Source: Azolla caroliniana
Lineage: Eukaryota > Plantae > Polypodiophyta
Direction: 5' to 3'
NCBI GenBank assembly: GCA_043228905.1
Contig: JBHGNT010000010.1
Location: 14,260,001-14,324,000, forward strand
DNA: 64,000 bases
The notes beneath the pieces were generated by a model that was not told where the DNA came from, made no database searches, and saw nothing but the letters and a program-made list of their open reading frames with translations. The first letter of the stretch is position 1; the number at the start of each line of letters is the position of its first letter. The position numbers were made by a program, and so were the translations under genes. Shown piece after piece: positions 39,801 through 49,899 of this stretch.

Positions 39801-42800
39801 CTAGAGCCACTCCCATCTAAAATGTCGTACTATAAGGAACACTTTATGCACTTCTCTAAGTTAGGTTTTATCACGCGACCAAGATATCTAGATGTATTCT
39901 TACCACATGCACTAAGGGTTGCCATTGGTCAACTTAGAATATCATCTCACCAACTTGAGATTGAGAATGGACGTACTAATGGAGTCCCTAGGGAGGAAAG
40001 GATATGTAGGTTATGCCACATAGAGATAGAGGATGAGTACCATTTTACATGCAAATGCCCCACCTATGCCGAGATAAGGGCAAAATACCAAGACATACTT
40101 GGTTCCTCTCCCACCCTCCCTAAACTATTAGATACACTAGATATAAAGAAATTAGGTAGATACATCTTAGAATTAAAACAACACAGAGAGAATAAGTTAC
40201 AAAACGTTGATAATAATAGTGCTAATGTTTACCAACATGTAACAAATGAAGTTTTTTAGGAACAGGGGGAGACAGTGAATGTCGACACACCTGCACCACT
40301 CGGGCTTTTCCTTGATGAAGCAAAAAATCAAAGAAGAACCAAACGCCCTTGGATGTCGGGTTTCAAAGCAACTCGACGAGATGTAGAAGCAATAAAGAAA
40401 ATAAGGGAACGTGAACTACACTGCCTAAAAGCCATGGCTAGGGCACTCTATGCATCGGGACCATGGGTCACACCCACACCAAAAACTTTTGACCTCCCAC
40501 TTCTTTTTGAGAGACTTGGGTGGAAATGAGATTAGGCTTAGTGCAAAGTTTTGTACACTACTAGAACTCTCTTAGCTTAAGCTATTTTCTTTTATTTTAG
40601 TTTTGATGATTGGATAAACACTCATTTTTGTTGTAAACCAATTGTCTCATGGGCCAAATTTGGCCTTAGAAGACGTTAATATATCTTTCTTCTTCTTTCT
40701 TCTTGAAGGAAGCTTTCAAATGGAAGGGTCAAAAATATACAAAAAAGAGAGTCCTTGGGGTCTTTATCCCCAACAAATGAGACGAATCGCAAGAAACGTT
40801 TAGGTCATTTTGGCATGTTCACACATGGCCAATGACCAAAAGTTATAAAGATAATGTAAATGCCTATAACCCCCGAAATTGGGGCCAAAAAATATAGCAA
40901 ATATGTGTCTAGAAAGCTATTGAAGGGAGCTTTCACATGGAAGGGTCAAAAATATACAAAAAAGAGAGTCCTTGGGGCCTTTCTTTATCCCCCAACAAAC
41001 GAGATGAATCGCAAGATTTTATGCTTATGGTTATATGGTGGCCAAGAAACAAGAATCATATTGACATATTTGCATTCACGGGGCCTTCTCCACAAATGTA
41101 TACGAATACGAATATGAATTCATGAAAGAGTATTCGTTAAAAACATTTTGAGTTCATAAACTCCCTCCTTTTTAGTTTCCTAGATATAAAAAAGGAGACT
41201 TAACAATAAAAAGGGTATATATAATCATATTTCTATGATAGATGTAAAAGTTTTTGTTTTATTTTTATAAAAAAATAAAATAATAATAATAAGATAAAAT
41301 TAAAAAGAGGTTCATTAACTCCCCCCTTTTTACTCTCCTAAATTTTGTGGATATTTTTATCTGGCATTAAAAAGGGGACTTGACACTAATCATATTTCTA
41401 TAATATATGTAAAAATATTCGTTTTTTATTCCAAAATAAATAAATAAAATAAAATAAAGGTTCATAAACTCCCCCTTTTTAGTGTCCCAAATTTTATGGA
41501 TATTTTTATTTGACACTAATCATATTTTTATAATCTATTAATGAGTGATTGTTCTTTTATTAGTGAATTAATAAATTTTTATTGTGTAATTTTATTTTGC
41601 AAAACGAATGGTTTTATATATTCTTGGGGCCATTTCTTATTCTCGAATATGGTGATTATCACGCATGGAGAATATCACGAATATCATACATGTGTCAATC
41701 TATGCCAGGAATACTTCTCAACCGACTTCATGGCCTTTTTGGAAGAGAAGGGGATTCACCGGGAATTCTCTTGCCGGTCACATGGTTTTATATATTCTTG
41801 GGGCCATTTCTTATTCTCGAATATAGTGAATATCACGCATGGAGAATATCACGAATATCATACATGTGTCAATCTATGCCAGGAATACTTCTCAACCGAG
41901 TTCACGGTCTTTTTGGAAGAGAAGGGGATTCACCGAGAATTCTCTTGCCGGTCACATGGTTTTATATATTCTTGGGGCCATTTCTTATTCTCGAATATTG
42001 TGAATATCACGCATGGAGAATATCACGAATATCATACATGTGTCAATCTATGCCAGGAATACGTCTCAACCGAGTTCACGGCCTTTTTGGAAGAGAAGGG
42101 AATTCACCAGGAATTCTCTTGCCGGTCACACCACAACAAAACAGTGTTGTTGAGCATAAGAATCACACAATCCTTGAGATGGCCCGCACTATGTTGCACG
42201 AGAAGAACATGCCAAAGATCTATTGGCCAGAGGTAGCAGTTACAGCCATGTATCTCATCAATGGGTACATGACCAAGGGTGTCCATGACATCACCCCTCA
42301 TGAGAAGTATTTTGGGAGAAAGTCAAACCTTTCGCACTTAAAGCTTTTTGGGAGAACCCAATAGTAAGGTTCGGGTACAACGAGTACATGGCACATCACT
42401 ATGCATTCATGATGAAGGTTGTGGCGACCAAGAACCCGAGACTTACAAAAGAAGCTGCCTAAAGATCCCTAGTGAATCAAGTCAATTAGGAAGGAGATGC
42501 ACGCGTTGTTCAACAACAATACTTGGGATTTAGTCCCAACCTTTGAAACCGAGAAGAAGCCAATTGGTTGTCACTGGGTGTTCAAGATAAAGCATAATGT
42601 GGATGGCACGGTCAATCAGTTCAAGGCTCAGCTAGTTGCCAAGGGGTATGCACAAACCAATGGCATAGACTATGAGGAAACATTTGCCCCGGTGGAAAAA
42701 CTGACCACCTTGAGAACGGTAATTGCACTCACAACAGCGAAAGGTTGGCACTTGCATCAAGCGGACATGAAGAACGCGACCTCGAGGAGAAAGTTTACAT

Positions 42801-45800
42801 GGTGAAACCACCCGGCTTCGAATTGAGCAAACATCCACATGCCGTTTGCAGATTGACGAAGCTGCTCTACAGACTAAAGCAAGCCCCAAGAACATGACAT
42901 GCAAAGATCACGTTGTATCTTCACAACATCGGTTTTTGGATGTCAGAATCTGATAATTCGTTGTATATCCAAAACAATCACAACAGCCCCATCGTCTTAA
43001 TCTTGTATGTCAATGACCTTGTCATCGGTGGAGAAAGCCTCGCCGAGACAAAAGATTAAAAAGCTTCTTTCAACGAAGTTCGAGATGGACCTGAATGACT
43101 TAACATTATTTTCTTGGCACCGAGGTCATTTGAACTCCAGAAGGGTTCCTACTCTCACAAGTACAAAGACGAAGGAACAGATGGAAAAAGGAAGCACCAA
43201 AAAAGAGGAAGATTGAGACCGGCATTGACAAAGTAAGCCAAGCACATCTAGTCGGACCCGGCAAGTTCGAGATAAGCCCGACCCTGCCGACACCCTTGCC
43301 AAGCTCGAAATTTTGGATTTGCAAGATCGAGTACATAGGAGCAATGGGAAAATCACGGTCCAGCGATTTGAGCAACTACGACTTGAGTCTTCAACTACAC
43401 CAAGACATCTAAGCTTAAGAGGACACAATTGACCTTGAAGGGGCATGTTGAGAATGAAGCTCAACTCATGTGAACATGTGCTTATGAAGAAAAGCAAAAT
43501 GTTTGAAAAAGAGTGAGCACACTTTATTGTAATTCATGTAGTTGTCAAGTGTGAATGTGGCATTCTTATAACAGAATCGTACTAAAGTGGATATCTTGAT
43601 TAGATTCCACCAACCACATTTAATGTGGCAGTCCCTTGAGGACTTGTATATAAAACCCCCTTGGCTCATTGTGTTTAGTTGACGATCTTTAATTGTTTAA
43701 TATAGTTTTCTCTTCAATGCATAAGTTGTTATCCCTCTACTCTCACACATGCATTACGTTTCTGCATACCCCAACTCTACGAGAGTTAGATTCTTTACAT
43801 TGGCCATTTTGGCCTTGTTCAGTAATACGTGAAACTAAGAGTAGGTTAGTTGAAGGATGATGTACGCGTAATACATTTTGAATAATAGTTGGTCGTTGGC
43901 TAGAAGAACTACTCGAAAATACATCATCCATGCATGATGCCTCAAGATGAAGCGTCTCTAACAGAAATTTGTGAGAATGGAACTCGATCTCTAGCATAGG
44001 TCAATGCAGAATGGAGAGGTCTTTGAAGAGAGGGAAGCATCTACGATGGCAGGAGATAATGGCCTTTATCTGTTGATGAGAACGTTGGTGAGATTGTGGC
44101 CCATGGGGTCAGGGCCTACATGTACGACAAATTGCTATGCCTGACCTATTGTAACCCCTTTGTTATGTTGTGTATATTTGGATATCATGTATATTTGGAT
44201 ACATGTGAACGCATATAGCTAATACAAATCATTTGACCATCTTGGAATTCCACAAGCCACTCCTATTCAACTTCTCACCGATCACCAAAGTGTTCATGCA
44301 CTAGCACATAATTCCTCCCTCTAGGTAGAATTAAGCACATTGAACTTTTGCTAATTAGATCATCAAATTTGACCGTTGTTCAACTTGAGGAAATGAGGTG
44401 GACCTCTTTACCAAGCTACTTGCTAGGGACACTATTAATCAGCTCCTTATTTCAATGAAGGAGCACCATTTTGTAGCTGAGAGGTGTTGAAGGGTGAAAA
44501 CCCCAAATTTTATCTCTCCTTTGAACATCGTCTCTCTTACTAATGCTAGAGACCTCTCCATTCTGGATCGAACTATGCTAGAGATCTTTCAAAGACAAAA
44601 GTTACAATATATCTAACTTGAGAATCTCACATTCACAGAAAACCAGATTCCTTCGTCTCTTTTTATCTTATTTACTTTTATATTTACTGAGTAATATTTA
44701 TTTTGATTTTGATTTGTTGTTCTCAAAGACGAGACAACACTTAAGATGTAATCTCTTGTTTGGTCTTATTGGCCATTCTGCCCTCTTAAAAGACGTTAAT
44801 ATTTCTTTCTTTCTTTCTTTCTTTCTTTCTACGATATAAGGAGCATGATAAGGAGCAAAGCATTAGTGCCCCACGATATAATCTGGGCAGAGATGGGAGC
44901 AGCACCTATAATAACCGGGGCGTTGTTCCGATCAGTGACATTTATCCAACGTCTTTAGGAGCTCCCTAAACGAAGGTACCCAAGGTTGGCACTTATGTCA
45001 TCAAAACAACTGGCTGAAAATGGAGACACTCATTGTTGGTATGCTGAAATGCAGCAATGGTTTGAGTTACATGGCATGAGTATAAATGCACTACCCCCCT
45101 TCCAATATAGCTTGGACTGTCCCCATCTAAATATGACCAAAGTGGAAAAGAATAGAGTGATCCGAACTGATATTATTAACTTAGAAAACAAGATAACATG
45201 GATCAGCCCCAAAATACCACTTGGTAAAAAGATGGCCCACTATAAGACACACTTCTTACATGCATCGGAGGATGGATTTGTCATAAGGCCACCTTATATG
45301 GACATACATCTATCCTATGCGCTGCATAGTGTGGTACGGCAGCTGCGAACTTCATCACATCAGCTACAAATTGAGGTAGGCATACACGACTACCTCTAGA
45401 AGAGAGAATTTGCCAATTGTGTCATCAAGGAGTGGAATCTAAAGAACACTATGTTTGTCATTGTAGTGTCTTTTATGAAATCAGAGGGAGATACCATTGC
45501 CTCTTTAAACAAGGCTTTGGCCCACTACGCAAGGTAATGGAATATGAGGACCAACGATGCCTAGGACTTTTCTTGCTAGAGCTGAAGAGACATCGGGAAA
45601 AGTTGTTGAAGAATACAGCCACACAAGCTCATCCACAAAGAACAATCACAACTTTCTTTAGCCCCATCACTCCTAATGCTAGAAGTCAACCCCGGGATAC
45701 ACAAATGGGCTTCAGACCAGGACATAACAAAGGGGTTACAATTGATCGGGCAATGGTAATTTGTTGTGCACGTAGGCCTTGGCCCCATGGACCACGAGCT

Positions 45801-48800
45801 CGACACCCTTGTCATCGACAAATAAAATCCATTATCTCCCGCCATCGTAGGTGCTTCCCTCACTTCGGAGACATTTCCATTCTGGATCGACCTATGATAG
45901 AGATCTTTTGAAGACAAAAGCTACAATATACCTAATTTGAGGACCTCACATGTGCCAACAACCAGATTCCCTCATTAATTTTCCTTTCATGTTATTTACT
46001 TTTATATTTACTGTGTAATATTTATTTTATTTTGATTTGTTCTCAAGACGAGACAACACTTAAGATGTCATCTCTTATTTGGTCTTATAGCCCATTTTGG
46101 CCTCTTAAAAGACGTTAATATATCTTTCTTTCTTTCTTTCTACATATTTTCCTTTCTATAGACGTACTTTCTTCCCGTGTTAATTCCATTTGACTTTCTG
46201 AGCCTACCACTTCATTATAGCATTTACTACACTGTTTTCGTCTCTCCACTACTTTAACTCACCATGCTGCTTAGCATACTTTTATCCCCTTTTATATATG
46301 CACTTTTTACTCTCATTTTTATATTTAAATGCTTTGACCCTTAATAGAAAATACAATTGTTAATTAGTTTATTTTGTCTGCTGATGCTAGCCTCTTTGGC
46401 ATCTTACTACTGTTCATAACAGTTCACATTTTCTGCTGGTTTTAATGCCTGTATGCTATGGCAACAGCAGAATCCAACATAAACTGCCAATTTAGTCACA
46501 GATTTCATTCTTGACAAAACAATATTCAAACAATTCGAACTTATAGAAACATTAAAATATATGAAGAGGAAATCACACACAAAAATTCATCAAAAGAGGA
46601 AGATGCAAATATTTAACCTGCAAAATTTGGAATAGTTCGTCTACTCCATCACGAAACTCAATTGCAGAAGTAGCAACAGATTCTATTATGTCTTCCTGGG
46701 TTAGACCTCCTTCAACAAGTAAGATGTGTGTCTTCTCCCACCTAATGTACAAAAGTTTGATGAACTTAAAAATCTCCTCAATGAAAGAATCAGTATCAGC
46801 ATTTTTATTATCCCTAGCAATTTCAAATGTTATCCATGGCAGACCATTGAAATTCACAACCAATTATTTTACATCCGTAATGAATGAAAACAGAACAATC
46901 CATAAGGTGTGGGGGAATCCCAAGAAGTAGCAATCAATAATTCCTCTCTTTCTCATGGGAATGGTGAATTCACTAAGTCTTCATATGGTCTCCAATGCCA
47001 TTATATAAAACCAAAGGTTTAGACCCAATGTCAATGAGACAATAAATGGTTTGTGGTTTCAAGGTTTAGAACAGTCAAATGGAAACCCATGGTTGGAGAT
47101 TGTATTGAAATGTCTACGCTTGGTCATGTGGGCTTCAACTGGACAAAGACACGTTACAGTTAGGAAAGGTTTTCTTACTGTCAAACAACAATACTATGAA
47201 TAGATACACAAGATGTGATTGCTTTAGTATACCACATAAATAAAATGAAGGTTATTTTCGCAAGGGTGCCACATAAATAATCACTGAATGGCTTGCATAC
47301 CTCAAGTTACAGGATCAAACAAGGGAGGGTATTTTTACAGCACAATGACTTAGTTGTGTTAATATTTCCCATAGAATTTATTTTTCCTTCTTTTGGAAGG
47401 ATCACACCCAATGGTTTGCATGCCTCAAGCTATAGAATCAAATTAGGGTATTTTTGCAGCACTGCAATTTAGTTGTATTAACCTTTGTTACAGCATTTTT
47501 CAGTCCTTCTTGGTAAGAATCACACTAAATGCTTTGCATGGCTCAAGCTATAGAATCAAATGAGAGGTAGTTTTGCAGCACAATGATTTAGTTGTATTAA
47601 TATTTGTCGTTGCATTTTTTCGTCCTCCTTGGGCAAGCATCATTCTGAATGGCTTGAATACCTCAACGTGGGATATTTTTCCAGTACAATAATCTCATAT
47701 GGCTGAATGCTCTCGAAAGATGGGCAAAATAACAAGGGAAGGTGCACAAGAGTCCATGGAAGAGGAGCCAGTTGAAACCCCTAAGCAAGCCTTTCCCATT
47801 CAGTGCCATTCACCTTTGCAAGATATAGGCAAAAAGCTGTTTAAATCCCAAACATATCAGAAGTTCTGAAATATATATAGTATCTGTCATGATATCACCA
47901 TCATTATAGCCTCATGGTGGAATCTGGTTGATGGCAAACCACCATTAAAGAATCCAAATAAGTTAATTAGCAAATTATGTCATAGCATGGACATTGTGAT
48001 GCCCATTTCTGGCCTTCTCAATCGGTAACTCATGGCTTATCTAGAAGAGAAAACAAACCTTTTTGCAACCTTTCAACTTATTCACCGGGAAATTACGGTA
48101 TCCCTTGAGGTTCAGATTCACCGAATGGCTCACCTAAGGTTGATCAATTTCAGTTCAGAGCCCTCACAATTTTCTATGCCTCATAATTATTTGTTTATTA
48201 GAGGGGATGCACCTTTTACATCTTCCAATTCCGCTGTTCTTTTCATTTTAGATGGATCATGGGTAGTTTGATTCTTCTTGGACTCTGGGCCCTTCAATGG
48301 AGATCCATCCAAATAAACAATTTGCATATATCATCGGCTGATTTTGGATGTAAACGGAATGAAAAACAGAATGAAACAAAATCAGGAATATGGTGATGAG
48401 AAGTGCTGGATGGAAGAGACAGCATCCCAAATTTTCTTTTAAAGCCAAAATCCAACCCTAATCGATGGCTAGAAAAACTTTCAAGATGTGACAGTTTTGC
48501 CTGCTTTATAACTCTCCATACAGTGATTTGCGTATGGATAATGGATTCACTCATAATAAAGCTGGATGCACTCAGGCTCCGAGTGTTCATTTTCAAGCAT
48601 TATGGAACCATAATTGTGATTCAAACCGGCAATTAAAGTATTTAAATACCGTCTAATAAAATTTTAAGATCTGGGATTGAAATAAACAGTTCACATCCGA
48701 ATTTCCTATGATTCCTTAGAGAAGTTAAGATTCTGCAACAGTAAACACAATCCAGCCAGTCGAATAAGTTATGATGCAGATAGATTAGTTCACCATTCTT

Positions 48801-49288
48801 CCATGAGTTTGCACTTCTTGCAAAGCGGGATATCTGGAGATATCTCCAAGGGATAATAATGTTGGAACAACGCCTGCCGTTTGAGATCGTACTCTGGGTT
48901 ACTTTGCTTAACAATCGAATGGCTGCCTACCACAAACACACAAGCACCTTGTATTATCACATCTTCATGAGGAAACAATTGTGAAAAAAGGAATGATATA
49001 TCAGGGGGGGTGGGGAGGAGAGACATCTTACTAGGTCCTCTTCTTCCGTTCACCTTGTACTTGGTGAGCGTCATGTCAAAATCAGCTATGACCTGCAGAA
49101 AGGTAGGAGGAAAAAGAGAGAGAGAGAAGCAGAGACTTATGTGCGTGTCATTTCTACGGGATGACAAGTGTTGTACGGACCTGGAGCCTGGCGAAGCCAC
49201 CGCCATGGCAAATGCTATGGACCTTGGACTGGAGGTTGGCAGGCTCGGGGTGGATGAAGCTGCTGCTGCTGCTGCTACAGCTTTCCAT
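26426..49288 (-). CDS. NT5C3: Cytosolic 5'-nucleotidase III / pyrimidine 5'-nucleotidase (HAD superfamily, UMPH-1 type). 10 coding exons, 903 nt, 300 aa
   Basis: Exons 49288-49181, 49092-49032, 48926-48794, 46741-46618, 34090-34034, 33932-33836, 27033-26826, 26738-26678, 26601-26549, 26426. All GT-AG with consistent phases. Motifs VIADFDMTLT, LMEEWWEKTH, VLIFSAG, IVSNRM, IHVLNKNE, NVLLLGDHIGDLGMSDG, RISIGFLND. Confidence 0.92.
26549..26601 (-). CDS. NT5C3: NT5C3-like exon 9
   Basis: NDDTMNYVISLVRQLAS followed by TG|GTAAGT. Acceptor TTTTTCCAG. Confidence 0.85.
26678..26738 (-). CDS. NT5C3: NT5C3-like exon 8
   Basis: NDHVDAWLEEYKKSFDIVLM, GCAG| acceptor, |GTAAAG donor. Confidence 0.9.
26826..27033 (-). 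CDS. NT5C3: NT5C3-like exon 7
   Basis: KTIHVLNKNEHAL...KNVLLLGDHIGDLGMSDGLDYENRISIGF, |GTAAGT donor. Confidence 0.94.
28190..30800 (-). mobile_element. Degenerate Ty3/gypsy pol remnant (integrase, zinc-finger region) in intron 6
   Basis: KFLLEDVMCQY..KIVADKGEL..TTAYNLKANGKIKRGH (28362..28823), EYHES.WA.HRG...WCPGMYKDV (28854..29084). Local duplication 28225-28510. Right boundary is uncertain. Confidence 0.7.
29883..30305 (-). repeat. Solo copia LTR (family D) with perfect TSD GTAAC
   Basis: GTAAC at 29878-29882 and 30306-30310. TG...CA ends. Reverse complement resembles LTR 43446-43799. Confidence 0.9.
31100..31830 (-). mobile_element. Degenerate copia RNase H end plus probable LTR
   Basis: EFRG..V.AYEAVCLK.VL, KHIEVLYHYIR, DHQTTKIF. 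PPT-like CTTGAAGGG at ~31445. Confidence 0.55.
32250..33340 (-). mobile_element. LINE (RTE-X-like subfamily 1), 5'-truncated 3' end
   Basis: ORF 32866..33225 with LQTSSHQL.IEVGRY..LPLEERICQLC..VESEEHYVCHC. (GAAA)n tail at 32251-32282. Confidence 0.88.
33836..33932 (-). CDS. NT5C3: NT5C3-like exon 6
   Basis: VMNQKLRCKYTNVRIVSNRMEFNANGDLQGFI-G, bounded by AG and GT. Confidence 0.92.
34034..34090 (-). CDS. NT5C3: NT5C3-like exon 5
   Basis: ENAVPVLIFSAGISNIIEE, TAG| acceptor, |GTAAGC donor. Confidence 0.93.
34250..34540 (-). mobile_element. Old, degenerate LINE 3' end
   Basis: TTAAGAGGCCAAAATGACTTATAAAACCAAACAAGAGATTA matches the subfamily 1 3' UTR. Confidence 0.65.
35340..36760 (-). mobile_element. 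LINE subfamily 1, 5'-truncated ORF2 C-terminal region
   Basis: ORFs 35975..36646 (LFDTLVTPTLLYGVETWG) and 35468..35962. Near-identical to 44835-45910. Confidence 0.9.
36763..37168 (-). mobile_element. LINE subfamily 1 short 3' end with (TC)n tail
   Basis: (AG)n 36763-36800 followed by ATTAATGTCTTTTAAG..GGCCTATAAGACCAAACAAG. Confidence 0.85.
37612..37803 (-). mobile_element. LINE subfamily 1 short 3' end
   Basis: GGCCTATAAGACCAAACAAGAGATTACATC...GGCACATGTGAGATTCTCAAGTTAG. Confidence 0.8.
37804..38620 (-). pseudogene. Degenerate copia gag-protease fragment
   Basis: LLMTLPETW..LVVSL, ILNEEIRRK, CFQCGRKGHKKLDC zinc knuckle (37969..38403), WIVESGASFH at ~37810. Confidence 0.8.
38741..40702 (+). 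mobile_element. LINE subfamily 2, 5'-truncated (RT plus C-terminal Cys/His domain), inserted into a ~215-bp tandem repeat
   Basis: VKQGCPLSPTLF, LLYADDIVLL, YLGV, LRISSHQLEIENGR..REERICRLC..EDEYHFTCKC (38706..40259). Tail AGACGTTAATATATCTTTCTTCTTCTTTC. Flanks 38625-38739 and 40703-41010 are repeat units. Confidence 0.92.
41608..42129 (+). repeat. Tandem triplication, 174-bp unit, part AT-rich and part copia integrase core
   Basis: ATGGTTTTATATATTCTTGGGG at 41608, 41782 and 41956. Each unit ends in EYFSTEFTAFLEEKGIHREFSCR-coding DNA. Confidence 0.93.
41700..43799 (+). mobile_element. Degenerate, 5'-truncated copia (family D) with 3' LTR 43446-43799
   Basis: [34 protein letters not shown] (42497..42805). 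PPT-like TTGAAGGGGCA, then TGTTGAGAATGAAGCTCAAC...TTCTTTACA. Confidence 0.85.
43985..44170 (-). mobile_element. LINE subfamily 1 small fragment
   Basis: GATCTCTAGCATAGGTC..GGCAGGAGATAATGGC..GTAACCCCTTTGTTAT matches the other copies. Confidence 0.7.
44543..44830 (+). mobile_element. LINE subfamily 1 short 3' end with (TTTC)n tail
   Basis: CTCTTAAAAGACGTTAATATTTCTTTCTTTC... Confidence 0.85.
44835..46140 (+). mobile_element. LINE subfamily 1, 5'-truncated, directly after the tail of the previous copy
   Basis: ORFs 44986..45399 and 45417..45911. Tail AAAAGACGTTAATATATCTTTCTTTCTTTCTTTC. Confidence 0.9.
46618..46741 (-). CDS. NT5C3: NT5C3-like exon 4
   Basis: WEKTHILLVEGGLT..FRDGVDELFQILQ, TAG| acceptor, |GTTAA donor. 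Confidence 0.93.
47278..47690. repeat. Diverged tandem repeat, ~120-bp unit, ~3.3 copies, in intron 3
   Basis: ATCAC..AATGG(C/T)TTGCAT.CCTCAAG.TA.AG.ATCAAA..GGTATTTTT.CAGCAC..TTAGTTGT.TTAA recurs at ~47280, ~47401, ~47520 and ~47640. Confidence 0.8.
48794..48926 (-). CDS. NT5C3: NT5C3-like exon 3
   Basis: SHSIVKQSNPEYDLKRQALFQHYYPLEISP..LMEEW, bounded by AG and GT. Confidence 0.93.
49032..49092 (-). CDS. NT5C3: NT5C3-like exon 2 (HAD motif I, DFDMT)
   Basis: Acceptor TGCAG|GTCATAGCT, donor A|GTAAG. Confidence 0.93.
49181..49288 (-). CDS. NT5C3: NT5C3-like exon 1 (MESCSSSSSS...ARLQ)
   Basis: ATG at 49288, donor CAG|GTCCG, phase 0. Joins to VIADFD. The start codon choice is inferred. Confidence 0.8.
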
Positions 49289-49514
49289 GGCTATCAGCAG
49301 GCAGCACAGCACAGCACAGTAGAATAGAGTACGTATGACATACGTACATACATACATTATAATTTATTACATACATAGCATACATATATGCTCGTTTCTA
49401 TTTGCAACCAAATCATAATTAGGCCTGGTGAGGAAATCGCGCACACAGACGACACGTTTTGAATGGCGCGTGTGATCTGCATCGTTCGATCTCTATCCAC
49501 AAAAAGCGGACGCC

Positions 49515-49770
49515 GAAAACCTAACCCAGGTCTGACAATCAGATTTGTCACATCTAACCCGGGTCTGACAAGCCTCTGTCACACCTAACCCAGGTCTAAC
49601 CTAACCCGGGTACACAAACCTAACCCAGGTCTGAAGAGATCATTGTTAAAAAAAGATGCTAAGATTACTCAAAAATATCAAGCCTAATTTTTATAATACA
49701 AAACCTGACAACTTAAACCTAACACAGGTACACAAACCTAACCCAGGTGCATGCACCAAACTCAGGTACC
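49515..49770. repeat. Cluster of (A)CCTAACCC(A/G)GG motifs ~230-480 bp upstream of the host ATG, possibly subterminal repeats of the adjacent DNA transposon
   Basis: At least 7 copies (ACCTAACCCAGGT, TCTAACCCGGGT and variants), plus a duplicated CTGAAGAGATC..AAAAAAGATGCTAAGATTACTCAAAAATAT block. Confidence 0.7.
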
Positions 49771-49899
49771 TGATTAAAATTTCTGAAGAGATCGTTGTTT
49801 AAAAAAGATGCTAAGATTACTCAAAAATATATTTTTATAATACAAAATTGTACGATTTTACATATAAAAATCACATGATGTAATGGAATAAAAACTATG

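Noticed and set aside
38625-41010. Long direct repeats around the LINE read as a giant TSD or as LTRs
   Set aside because: The flanks are consecutive parts of a pre-existing ~215-bp tandem repeat that the LINE interrupted, and they lack TG..CA ends.
41541-42364. 231-aa and 260-aa repeat proteins as host genes
   Set aside because: Products of the 174-bp triplication plus integrase remnant.
48790-49206. 138-aa ORF as a complete protein
   Set aside because: It is exons 2-3 of the nucleotidase read through introns that happen to lack stops.
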